Position numbers and translations under genes: made by a program. A DNA stretch of 64,000 nt from Rebecca billardiae RCC1528. Lineage: Eukaryota; Protista; Haptophyta. The DNA lies in assembly GCA_965240325.2 (NCBI GenBank), contig OZ251249.1, forward strand, positions 806,001 through 870,000. Reading direction: 5' to 3'. How positions within the stretch are numbered: position 1 is the stretch's first letter; each line of letters starts with the position of its first letter. The notes beneath the pieces were generated by a model. That model was not told the origin of the DNA, did not search any database, and saw nothing but the letters and a program-made list of their open reading frames with translations. Below are positions 30,557 through 41,894 of the stretch, piece after piece.

Positions 30557-33500
30557 CAAGGGGCTTACAAAATATATATATACTGGAATAACTGGGGGCA
30601 AAACACAGCGCTGTCGTCGGATGCGATGTACATGATGAGACGGAAAGTGTCCGGCTATGTGCGAATCAAGGCACAGCAACGACTTCGATCTTTTTTAAAG
30701 CGGCCGTTAGCGTGTCCATCGGCCGGATTATTTTACGGAAAATTACTATGCGCTGCGCGCGCGCGCCCAGCGGGCGGCGCGCGCGCGCGACTAGTCCCCC
30801 CTGCATGCCCTAACCGTCAGCTGCCTGATTCCCGCTACCCAGCCCCGCTGCCGTCGCGCGCGACATCCGCGCCGTCGCTCACCGTCGCCGAGGCCGAGCG
30901 CGCCGCCGCCCTCAATTTGCTCTTGAGTGCCGACAAGTCCTCCTCCGGAAGCCCAGCCTCCTCGCGCACGAGCTTGCGCGCCGCGATGTACTCGTCGACC
31001 AGGTCGTGCGCGCCGGCCTTCGCCTTGCGCTGCCATTCGCGCTGCCGCTTGCCCTCCTTCTTCAGCCAGAGCCGCCGCACCTTGTCGCCGAACTCCTCCT
31101 CCGCCCACGTCGCAAGCGACACGCGGCGCAGGAGCTGCGCGGCCGTCGAGATGTGCGGCTGCACCGTCGACTTCTTCCCCTCGGCATACTCGCGGACGAA
31201 CGAGTCGAGCGACTTGCGCGCGTTCACGAGCGGCATCGCCCGCTTGGTCACCTGCACGAAGTGCTCCTGCACCTGCTCGTCCGCGAGCTGCACGAGGTGG
31301 CCCCACCGCCTGATCAGCAGAGGCAAGACGAACCGCGCGATCGTCTTGTACTGCGAGGTGACCGGCTTGAGGACGAACAGGTCGAGCGCCTCGACCCACG
31401 CCGTCGCGGCTGCCTCAACCTCGTCCGCACGCTTCGCGCGGCCATCGTCATCGTCCGTGTAGCCGCGCGAGGAGACGAGGTCGTGCAGCTGCCACGTGAG
31501 CATGAGCAGGCGGCAGAAGAGTGCCATGCGCGGCATGTCCGCGATCTCGGCCTTCAACTGCGCCTCGTCGTCAAAGCCGATCTCGTCCATCATCTCGCGC
31601 TCCTCCTCGTCCTGCATGTCCGAGATGCGCGCGTCCTCGTCGCCGCTGTCCGCCGCGCCCGCGCTGCTCGCGCCGTCGAGATCCGCGTCGATCTTCCACA
31701 CGACCTGCACCAACGCCCAGAAGACCGCGTGCGTGCGCAGCAGCGAGATGCCGTCGCCGCGGAGGTCGGGCACGCCGATCTCGTTGGTGCGCGTGCGCCG
31801 CTTGGGCACTCGCACAGGCACGCCCGCGTTCTTGAACAGGACGATCAGGTCGTACTTGGTGAGCGGCGCGTCGCGGCCGTACAGCTCGTCCACCTCCCTC
31901 CACAGCGCCGACAGCACCGGCTTGAAAGTGTCGTGCTTGAAGTGCATGATGCCGGGGAAGTAGTTGACGTGCTCGAGCTCCAGCTGCGGTAGCAGCCACT
32001 GGTTCTCGTGCAGCTTCTGGTCGACGATGCGCTCGGCGTCCTTCGAGTCGTCGGCGAGAAGGCGGCGGCGCTTGGTCATCTCGGCGTCGCACTCGCCCTG
32101 GTCGGCAGGCGTGACCTTGCACGCAGGGCACGTCACGCCCGGGTCCGCGTGGCACAGCGCGCGCGCGCGCTTGTACGTGCGCAGCCGCCACTGAGGCGAG
32201 CCGCCGTCCGCGCCCGCCTCCTTGACCGCCCACACGTTGAAGCGGAGCGGCGAGACGTTGTGCGAGCCCTGGCCGGCGAGGCTGGCAAGGTTGACATAAT
32301 CGCCGGTGTACGTGATGATGGCCTTCTGCTCCTCCGCGTAGTCGGCCGCCTCGCCGCCGCCGCCAAAACCGCCGCCGGCCGCGCCGCCCGCCGCGCCGGC
32401 AGCGCCGGCCGCGCCGGCCGCGCCGGCCGCGCCGCCGGCCGCGGCGGCCGCGGCGGCCGCGGCGGCCGCGCCGCCGGCCGTGCCCGCGCTCGGGTTGCCA
32501 GCCGCGCTGCTCGCCGCGCCGCCGGCCGCGCCACCGGCCGCGCGGACGCCAGCGCCGGCGGTGCCGCCAGCCACGCCGCTGCCGCTGCCGCTGCCGCCCG
32601 CGCCGCCCGCGCCGCCCGCGCCGCCGCCAGCGCCCGCGCCCGCGTTACCAGCCGCGCCGCCGGCAGCGCCGCCGGCCGCGCGGACGCCAGCGCCGGCGGT
32701 GCCGCCAGCCACGCCGCTGCCGCTGCCGCCCGCGCCGCCCGCGCCGCCCGTGCCGCCGGCCGTGCCGCCGGCCGTGCCGCCGGCCGCGCCGCCGGCCGCG
32801 CCGCGGGCCTCGCCGCGGCCCGCGCCGCCGGCCGCGCCGGCTGTGACGGCCGCGGCCGCGCCGCCGGCCGCGCCGGCCACACGTGCGGTGGCGGCAGCAG
32901 GCGGCGTCGGTCGCGGCGGAAGCAGGCCGCTCCGGATCACGTCATTGATCGCGTCGGCGTGCGCACTCCATAACTCGGACATGTCCGAGTCCGGCCGCTC
33001 CGAGATGGCGATCGCCTCTGACGACGCGAGCGCGCCGTAGTTGACGCCCCAGCCGTTGCGCACGATGGCGATCGTGGCCGTGCGCGAGTGAGCCGTGTTG
33101 CCCGCGTCCGCCGAGAGGAGGAGGACGTGCGGCTGCCCGCGCGGGCGCGCGGACTTGCCGTTGCGCTCCGAGCGATCCAGCACGGCGTGCACGGCCTGCG
33201 CCCACGGCCGCGCCGCCGACTCGCTGCCGATCATGAGCACGCCCGCGCCCGCGTGCTCGCGATCGCGCTGCGCGACCTCTCGAGAGCCAGCCGCCGGCGG
33301 CGGGATCGGGTGGCGGATCGGCTCGCGGCCGAAGCCGCCGCGGAAGACGGTGCGAGCCGAGTGCTCGCCCGTCACCGGGTGGATCTCCTTCCCCACCCAC
33401 TCGCGCCACGTGTCGAACTGCGCGTCCGTGACGTTCTTCGAGACGAGGTAGCCGGCGACGTCGTGGTGCGTCTGATGAGATTGAATCTCGCGCACAACGC

Positions 33501-36500
33501 CCACTGCGCCGCGGCGCTGCTGGAGGTAGGCGTGCCTCGCCCACGGCTTGCGCGAGCCGTCGTCTGCGCCCTCGAGCATCTCGTGCAGCACGAGGTCCAT
33601 CACGTCGTCGGGCGTGCCACGCAGGATGTGCTCGATATGGTCCGCCTCCCCCCGCCTGCGCTTGCGGCACGCGTTGCTCGAGACCGAGAGAGATGGGCGC
33701 TGAGCGCGCTGCCGATGAGCGCCGTCCAGCCCGTTCAGCTCGGCGAGGTGCTCGAACTTGCCGGCGGCTCGGTCGGCGCGCTTGCGCGCGGCGTCCTTGT
33801 CGCGCTTGAGCTCGACAAGCTGCGACTGCTGCTCGTCGCAGAGCGACTGGGCGTGCGCGCACTGCTGCTCGAGCAGCTGCTGCGCGTGCAGCGCAGCCGC
33901 GAGCTCGTGCTCGACGCCGCTCAGCGCGTCAGCGGCGATGTGCTCGGTCGCGGTGAGGCGGCGCTCCAACTCGAGGGCCCGATCGCGCTGCGCGTCGGCG
34001 GCGCGCTGCGCAGCTGCGGCCCGCGCGTTCGCCTCTTCGAGATCGCGCCGAAGCTTCGCCTGCGCCTGCTCCGCCTCGGCGTCGTGGCGGGTGCGCGCAT
34101 CCGCGCTGTGCCCGGCGCGGTACCCGGCGAGCACAGCGCGCCTCTCCGCGGCAGCACCGGCGGCGCGCGCGGCGGCGATCCGGTCGAGGGCCTCGCGCTC
34201 GATGTTCTCGCACTCGAGCTTGACGGCGGCGATCACCACGTCGAGAACCGGCTCGAGATCGACGGCGGCCGAGTTGACGATGTCCTCGCGCTGCCGCACC
34301 GCGTCGTCGCGCTCGCGCTCGAGCTCGCCGTTGAAGTGCTCGAGCTCGGTCACACGTGTGCGCAGCGAGGTGAGCTCGAGCTCGGAAGGGACGCTGCGCG
34401 TGCTGTGCGAGCGCCGCAACTGCTGCTCGAGCTCGGCCACGTGCTGCAGCTCGGCCATGCGCCTTCGACCCCGTGCTGTCTGCTCGTCCGCCTCTGCCTC
34501 GGGCGTCGGCGCCACGCTGCCAGCCGAGCGCGTGAGAGGCCGCTGGCGGGTGGGCGCGGCCGAGAGCAGCACGGCAGGCGGCGGCGACATGAAGGCGGGC
34601 GAGGCGACGGCAGGTGACCTCGGCGGCAGCAGCTCTTCCGCCGACCCACCGACGAACGGCTGCGCCGCCGCGCCAGCGAGGAGGAGTGGCGGCGCGGGCT
34701 GGCGGGAGGCGCTGCGCGTGACCGCGGGCGACGGCGCAGCGGCAGCAGGAAAGCTCAAGGCGGAGGAGGCGTTGGTAGTGGCGGGCGAGAAGACGAGGTG
34801 GTCGGCGTGAGCGGGAAGAGACGAGAAGCGGGCAGCGACGACGGCGGGAGACAAATCGGCGGCGGCGGCGGCGGCTGATGCCGCCGCCTCGCCGCCATCA
34901 GCTCGAAGGAGAGCGAGCGCGCGCGCGGTCGGTGGACGGGCGGCATCATGCGGCGAGGACAGCGGCTGCGGCTGCGGCCGCGGCCGCGGCCGCGGCCGCG
35001 GCTGCGGCGGCTGCACGAGCGGCGGAGGCAGGTGCGGAGGCGCCGACGGCAGCTGCGGCGGTGGCGGAAGCGACGGCAGCGGCGGCGGCCCCAACGGAGG
35101 CAGCGGCTGGGTGTCCGCGACCGCGTAGGGCATCACGGCGGCGGACGATGGATCGAATGGCGCGTCGGCGCAGAGGCCGGGCGTGAGACCGAGGACTGGA
35201 ACATGCGAGAGAGGCTGAGAATGAGAATGCAGATGGGCATGCGTGGGATCGAGGGCAGAGAGATCGAGGGGGGGATGCGGCGCGACCGCGCCGTCACCAG
35301 CTGGCGCGCGACGCCATCGGGCGCTGCTCGCTGCTCGGCGAGTGGCGGTCAGCTGCTCGCGCTGCGCGCGGCGCGCTCTCCAGTCCGCGCGCTTGCGCCG
35401 TGAGACGTCGGACTCGGGCGGCGCCGCCGGTGCCGCCGCGGCGGGCGCCGCGGCAGGCGCTGCCGGCGGCGCGCCCGTGAGCTCCGACGGGCCCTTCGTC
35501 ACAGACGGCGTGCGCCGCCAGCCCCGCCTCCGCCGCGGCGCATCGAGACGCCCTGCGCGCACACCTTGAGCAGCTCGCCGCTCACGTCAGCGCGCCCCTT
35601 CTCCTTCTTGAAGCGCCATGGCTGCATCAGCGCGTAGCGCTCGGCGTCGACGCTCACGCCGCCCTGCGCGTCCTGTGGCGCGTGCAGGCCGCCCTGCGCG
35701 TTGAGCGAGATCACGCCCACGCGCACGTGCGCGAACTGCTGGTACGCGCCGTCCGGATCGAGCCGATGCATCTCGGTGTGCTCGATCGAGAGCGAGTGCA
35801 CCGTGTTGATCGCCGAGAGGTGCCGGTCCGTGCGCGCGCCGCCGAGCGCGTTCGCCCGCAGCGGCTTCGGGACGCGGCGCATGCCCAGGTTGAGCCACGT
35901 CGAGATGCGCTCGGGCTGGTACGAGCTCACGGTGCGCCGCGTGCGGTCCTTCTCTCGCGTCTCGTGCACGACGCCCTGGTCGTCGAGCGAGGTGAACATC
36001 GGCGAGTAGAGGGCGTCACGCGGGAACAGCGCCAGCTTGGCCTTGCGCAGCAGGTTGCCCTTCTTCCGGCTGCCCTTGATGGCGACGAAGTTGTTGACCT
36101 TGCGCTTGACCTCCGCCAGGTAGTTCTCGTTCGGCATGATCGAGTGGTCCACCTCGCTCGCCGCCTCGCGCGCGCGCAGCATGAGCGTCTCGTGCTCAGC
36201 CGCCTTCTCCGCGGCCGCCGCGGCCATGCGCCGCCGCACAGATGCGGCAGAGACCTTGCGCCCGATGCCGTAGCCGCCCTTCCGCTGCAGCTTGACCTTC
36301 TTCGGCTTCGCGCAGGAACGCTTGCCCTTGCCCACGGTAAGCACAGCCGTCGTCATTGCTGCGCGCGGCGAGCGCGGTCCCGCGCGGCCGTGCCGGGCGC
36401 AGCCGCAGCAAGTTAGTCTGATGCAAATTCCCGGTCACCCATGCAAAAGTAAGCGTTCCCGCTGAGCATGTGCGTGGATCACGAGTAAGTAAAACCCGCC

Positions 36501-38022
36501 GCCTGAATACAAACTCCGCGCCCCTCCATACACTTCCTGCATCCCCGCGCGCGGCGGCGTGCAGGCGGGCGCAGATTCGCACCGTGTTACGAACAGACCT
36601 AGCAAAGTAGATCGGCGTGGCGGGTCGGGACGCGGAGCGGGTGCGGGGCAGGTGGGGGATAGGTTGGGGAACACCCGCGATTAGAGCACCGGTGGCGCAG
36701 CGGCGACGTGGACGCCGCCACACGCGCACGCACGGCGCACGCGCGCACCGGGACTTTCAACTTCGCGTCGGAGCTCTGAACGACCGTCGGTTGGTCCGAG
36801 CGGCGCGAGGAGGCTCTCGGGATTGTGGCCGGACGCCCGGGTTGAGCCGTTAACGGCCGAAAATCAATTTGTTGGAGTTTCCTTAACGGCCGCTTTAAAA
36901 AAGAAATCGTTGCTGTGGGCCTATATGGCCGGCCATGACCGATGATATTGGCCGCTAGGCGGCCATGGCCGATGGTTAGCGGTCGACCATCCATCTCTGG
37001 CCGATGGGTATTGGCCGATGGCCGTCCGTACTCGTAGGCCGCGCCGGACGGCACGGCCACGGCGCCGGCGCGTGATGGCCGCGTGAGCACGCCGCGCGGG
37101 CTGCAGCACTGCCACTGTCCGACTCTGCACGGTCGTAGTTCGAGAGGGCGGCCCCGGGGCTCGGCCGACCCAACTGGTGGACTTGTTGAGCCCCAGTGGC
37201 GGTCTCGACCGAGCTTGGCAGGTGTGTGTGTGTGCCTGTGTGTGTTAATCTGATATACTATATCAGTTACAGGCGACTATGTCTATATTGCGATGTATTT
37301 GCCGATTATGCGCGCCGGCCCGGCGAGTGAAGGACGCGAGGTGCAGCAGGCGGCGAGCCCGGCGAGACTCCGAGGGCGAGTCAGCGGCCGCACCCGCGCC
37401 CGCGACCGCGCCCACGCCCGCGCCCACGACCCCTACTTCTGCCACGGCTCGCGCTTGCACTGCCAGCAGCGCTGCGGCATCGTCTCACGCAGACCACGTC
37501 TGCCGACGCGGCGACTGCGGCAGCCTCGCGGCGAGCGGACGAGCGGTGGCTGCCGCAGCACAGTAGTCGGCTGCAAGCAGCTTCTGCGACGAGATCATGC
37601 CCAGACAGAGTCAAGCCGACCTCGTTGGGGTACCATACGTTCTGCCCGAGTGGTGAATAATCTTTTGCCGAAAAAGAAAAAGGGATGAATGAATATATGT
37701 ATATTCATTTATGCATTTATTCGTCGTAGTCGGCCACTGGCCGATGAACGGGCAAAAGTGGGCATCCTGTGGCCGACGGGTTGGCCGACGCCCGTCGAGG
37801 CTTGATTCGCACACAGGTGTCCGGTCAGCGGAAAACACTGTGCGCGAGAAGTTTGAATCCGGGAAAGCGGGTAGATCTGTCGTGACCTCATTACTTCTTC
37901 CCAGGCATTCCTGTGTTTTCCTCATACGAGCTCCCGGACACTTTCCGTCTCATGTACAAGTCGCATAGACGGGGTTCCTCACTTGGCGCTTTCGCCCCCA
38001 GTGGTATTTTGTAAGCCCCTTG
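30557..38022 (-). mobile_element. Apparently intact 7466-bp TIR DNA transposon with 7-bp TSD CTCTGAG
   Basis: Perfect 18-bp TIR CAAGGGGCTTACAAAATA (30557-30574 / 38005-38022) with further imperfect inverted homology to ~30654 / 37934. CTCTGAG at 30550-30556 and 38023-38029. Encloses a DDE-like gene. Confidence 0.9.
30835..36356 (-). CDS. Putative DDE transposase, ~1816 aa if the predicted intron 35494-35564 is spliced
   Basis: Candidate catalytic motifs VLLLSADAG (D ~33107), YTGDYVNLASLAG (D ~32300), PGIMH, LIRRWGHLVQLADEQVQEHF (E ~31265); CH..x..CPAC metal site; coiled coil. The 285-aa and 1575-aa ORFs join in frame at AAG|GT...AG|GGC. Confidence 0.7.
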
Positions 38023-38206
38023 CTCTGAGCATCCGCCGGTCGCGACGCGCGCGCGCGCCATGCATGCATGATGACCCGCGTTTTATTATTTAGAATTATT
38101 TAATATTTAATGGCAGGCGCGCCGGTAGTCGCGTATATATATTTTTATTATTGTCAAAAAATTTAAAAGGCGCTGGCGCGGCGGATCGATGATCATCATT
38201 GATCAC

Positions 38207-38822
38207 GGCACGGAGCGTTGCGCCAGCTGGACAAACGCGAGGACGCTACGGAGCGTTGCGCCAGCTGGACATGACGCGAGGACGCTAGCTTTCGTAGATC
38301 ACGAAGCTACGGAGGGCCTCTGACGAGAATCGCCTTCGGATCGGGGCCCTCTCCCGCTGTGCCGCATCGGCGCACGCTCGGCGGGCTACGTTTGCGCACG
38401 CCGTGCAGCTCGCGGTGCGTGCGCGTCGGCTAGCTGGCACACTGCTCCTGACGCACAAGTCGAATGACCGCAGCTGGGATGCCCTTTCGCGCGGCAAGGA
38501 CGCGTGCGAGGCCGGTCGCTGCGGCCGAGCGGCGTGACCGTGCCGCCTGCACGCTGGGCGCCCATGGACGTGGCTTCGCCGCGCGCGATGCGGCTGGCGA
38601 GCGTCGCGACCGAGTTCCACGACGCGTGCGACGCGCCATCTGCCCGCTTCCGTGCCTCCGACGCACGTTTTATGCGGGCAACGGCCATCGCCCGCCCATG
38701 CGGCGGCGAAGCCGCCATCCGCCGCGCTTTGCCGTTGGACAGAGCGCAGAACATTTCGTTTTGAAAAGCGCAGATCTGAAAAGACCGGAAGGCGTTTGTC
38801 CAGCTGGCGCAACGCCCCTGCC
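38207..38822. mobile_element. Possible MITE-like relic with ~30-bp inverted ends and a 38-bp tandem duplication at the left end
   Basis: GGCACGGAGCGTTGCGCCAGCTGGACAAACGC at 38207 is inverted at ~38792-38822; unit 38211-38248 is repeated at 38249-38287; no TSD found. Confidence 0.45.
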
Positions 38823-38864
38823 TTGCAGGCAAGAACGTTTGGTCCAGCAGCAGAGGGCATCAGC

Positions 38865-40001
38865 ATGGCGACGGCGGCTATGCTGCAGCTGCTGCTGCTG
38901 GCGACACTACGCGCGTTCACCTGCCCGCCACGCTTCCAGGCCTCAGCGTCGGCGCCCGTCCCAAACGTGGTGCACCAGCCCTGGCTCGGGGGCACCCCGA
39001 TGCGCTGGGAGCACGTGCTCTCGATGATGAGCGTGCGCTACGTGCTGCGCCCCGAGCAGTACGCGCTCTACTACGACCGACCGCCGCCGCGCACGCCGCA
39101 GTGGCTCTGCGCGCTCGCGCTGGTCGACAGGGCGGTCCAGCGCGACGCGCGCAACCGGACGTTCGACGACGGGGCCCCCGTGCGCCGCGTCGCGCACCAG
39201 TCCGACCACATGCGCCTCGAGCTGCTCGAGGCGCACGGCGGCGTCTACTTGGACCACGACGCGTTCGCGCTCCGGCCGCTCGACGAGCTGCGGCGCTGCG
39301 GCGCCGGCCTGATGGCGAGCCACGACGTGCTCGGCGGGGTGGAGAAGATGAACAACGGCGTCATGCTGGCGCGCGCGCACGCGCCCTTCTTCAAGCTGTG
39401 GCGCAAGGCGTACGCGCAAGGCTTCACGCCAGACGAGTCGTGGGACCGCAGCTCGTGCGTGCTGCCGATGCAGCTGGCGCGCGCGCACCCGGACCTCGCG
39501 CTCGCGGTGCCCGAGGGCGCCATCGGCCCGCTGCCCACGCCTCGCGACGTGCGGGGCGCGAACAGGAGCCACGCGAGCATCCTGGACCAGGCGCTCGTGC
39601 TGCACCTCACGGGGCTGTTCACGGTGCGGGCCCGGGTCCGGCAGGTGCGCAAACACGGCGTGCTGCCAGCCATCGCCGAGCGTGTGCTTGCTGCTGCGGG
39701 CAGCGTGGGCGACGCCCGCCGGTGGCGGGGGCCGCCAGGCACGGCGGAGTCGACCGGCGAGACGGGACCTACGACGGCCGCGGCGGGCATGACGCCGCCG
39801 CCCATGAGCTTGCAAAGCTGCCAACGGCAGGTCCGCGCGTACGTGCAGCTGCGCTGGACGAAGAAGATTCAGAAGAACAGCTCCGCCACGTGGACCACTG
39901 GCAGCAGTGCGAAGCAGCAGCGCCGGCAGCAGCCGATCGTTGTCAGCAGCATGCGGAGGCGACTATACGACGACGAATCAGAAGGCTCCGGATTCGGTTG
40001 A
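38865..40001 (+). CDS. GT32-type (DxD, alpha-1,4-glycosyltransferase-like) glycosyltransferase, copy 1
   Basis: Signal/anchor peptide, VPNVVHQPW, SDHMRLELLEAHGGVYLDHD, NNGVMLARAHAPFFKLW. Confidence 0.85.
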   Translation: MATAAMLQLLLLATLRAFTCPPRFQASASAPVPNVVHQPWLGGTPMRWEHVLSMMSVRYVLRPEQYALYYDRPPPRTPQWLCALALVDRAVQRDARNRTFDDGAPVRRVAHQSDHMRLELLEAHGGVYLDHDAFALRPLDELRRCGAGLMASHDVLGGVEKMNNGVMLARAHAPFFKLWRKAYAQGFTPDESWDRSSCVLPMQLARAHPDLALAVPEGAIGPLPTPRDVRGANRSHASILDQALVLHLTGLFTVRARVRQVRKHGVLPAIAERVLAAAGSVGDARRWRGPPGTAESTGETGPTTAAAGMTPPPMSLQSCQRQVRAYVQLRWTKKIQKNSSATWTTGSSAKQQRRQQPIVVSSMRRRLYDDESEGSGFG

Positions 40002-40553
40002 CCCCTGCCAGTGGCGGGCATTCTGAGTCGGAACGACGGGCGGAACCGAGTCGAAGTTACTCAAGCGGACCATATAGCCAGGTCCCTAGTTGCGCAGGTG
40101 GGGGTGCGGGATTGGGCACTGTGCCACAGCAGCTGCATCCCATGAGCTCCCCCCCAGGTGGCATGCAGCCCACCCTAGGGGCGGGTACCAGATCCACTGC
40201 CAAGCACAATTTATTATAGGCCTGGTACGTCTGTGTACTCTGTGTGGGCACACGATCGCGGGCCCGCGACCAGTCAACGACACAGCCTGCGGCAGGATCT
40301 GCGGCCAGCTGCGACAGGCTGTACGGCCCGTGCAGCCGTGTGACCTGCTGGTGTGCCCAACTCCAGCCCACGCGCGCTGGGGCTGACGCGCTGGGTCGCC
40401 AAACCGTCGTGCACGGGCCGTGAAGGCCGCCTGGATCAGCCCAGGGGGGCAGGGTGAGCAGTGGCGTGCAGCTCAGTCAGAATGATGTCGTGACGATTTA
40501 AAATTGTTGAGACCCCTGTAAGCACGTTTGGTCCAGCAGCAGAGGGCATCAGC

Positions 40554-41672
40554 ATGGCGACGGCGGCTATGCTGCAGCTGCTGCTGCTGGCGACACTACG
40601 CGCGTTCACCTGCCCGCCACGCTTCCAGGCCTCAGCGTCGGCGCCCGTCCCAAACGTGGTGCACCAGCCCTGGCTCGGGGGCACCCCGATGCGCTGGGAG
40701 CACGTGCTCTCGATGATAAGCGTGCGCTACGTGCTGCGCCCCGAGCAGTACGTGCTCTACTACGACCGACCGCCGCCGCGCACGCCGCAGTGGCTCTGCG
40801 CGCTCGCGCTGGTCGACAGGGCGGTCCAGCGCGACGCGCGCAACCGGACGTTCGACGACGGGGCCCCCGTGCGCCGCGTCGCGCACCAGTCCGACCACAT
40901 GCGCCTCGAGCTGCTCGAGGCGCACGGCGGCGTCTACTTGGACCACGACGCGTTCGCGCTCCGGCCGCTCGACGAGCTGCGGCGCTGCGGCGCCGGCCTG
41001 ATGGCGAGCCACGACGTGCTCGGTGGGGTGGAGAAGATGAACAACGGCGTCATGCTGGCGCGCGCGCACGCGCCCTTCTTCAAGCTGTGGCGCAAGGCGT
41101 ACGCGCAAGGCTTCACGCCAGACGAGTCGTGGGACCGCAGCTCGTGCGTTCTGCCGATGCAGCTGGCGCGCGCGCACCCGGACCTCGCGCTCGCGGTGCC
41201 CGAGGGCGCCATCGGCCCGCTGCCCACGCCTCGCGACGTGCGGGGCGCGAACAGGAGCTACGCGAGCATCCTGGACCAGGCGCTCGTGCTGCACCTCACG
41301 GGGCTGTTCACGGTGCTGGCCCGGGAACGGCAGGTGCGCCAACACGGCCTGCTGCCAGCCATCGCCGAGCGTGTGCTTGCTGCTGCGGGCAGCGTGGGCG
41401 ACGCCGGCCGGCGGCGGGGGCCGCCAGGCACGGCGGAGTCGACCGGCGAGACGGGACCTACGACGGCCGCGGCGGGCATGACGCCGCCGCCCATGAGCTT
41501 GCAAAGCTGCCAACGGCAGGTCCGCGCGTACGTGCAGCTGCGCTGGACGAAGAAGATTCAGAAGAACAGCTCCGCCACGTGGACCACTGGCAGCAGTGCG
41601 AAGCAGCAGCGCCGGCAGCAGCCGATCGTTGTCAGCAGCATGTGGAGGCGACTATACGACGACTACGAATGA
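40554..41672 (+). CDS. GT32-type glycosyltransferase, copy 2
   Basis: Near-identical tandem paralog of 38865-40001. Confidence 0.85.
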   Translation: MATAAMLQLLLLATLRAFTCPPRFQASASAPVPNVVHQPWLGGTPMRWEHVLSMISVRYVLRPEQYVLYYDRPPPRTPQWLCALALVDRAVQRDARNRTFDDGAPVRRVAHQSDHMRLELLEAHGGVYLDHDAFALRPLDELRRCGAGLMASHDVLGGVEKMNNGVMLARAHAPFFKLWRKAYAQGFTPDESWDRSSCVLPMQLARAHPDLALAVPEGAIGPLPTPRDVRGANRSYASILDQALVLHLTGLFTVLARERQVRQHGLLPAIAERVLAAAGSVGDAGRRRGPPGTAESTGETGPTTAAAGMTPPPMSLQSCQRQVRAYVQLRWTKKIQKNSSATWTTGSSAKQQRRQQPIVVSSMWRRLYDDYE

Positions 41673-41894
41673 ATATATATATATATATAATTGATATTAA
41701 TTATATATATATATATAAATTTATTATATTGACTCTGCTGCTGTACGATCAATGAATATTCGTTACGATGCCGCGCGACGGCGCGTCGACGCGACGACCG
41801 CCACTTATATGCCATATATATCGATGACGACCATGATGCACGACTCGTAACTGAATGCGCGGGCCTGCTACCCGGGCCGACCGGACGGCGACGA

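Noticed and set aside
30554-38025. Sola-type GAG...CTC termini for the transposon
   Set aside because: No 4-bp TSD at those boundaries; the GAG/CTC match comes from the palindromic target CTCTGAG
38211-38287. CRISPR-like repeat
   Set aside because: Only two directly adjacent copies, no spacers, no cas genes, eukaryotic context
40090-40386. VQPCD as a pogo-transposase LQPLD remnant between the GT32 copies
   Set aside because: One weak motif with no other supporting residues or TIRs
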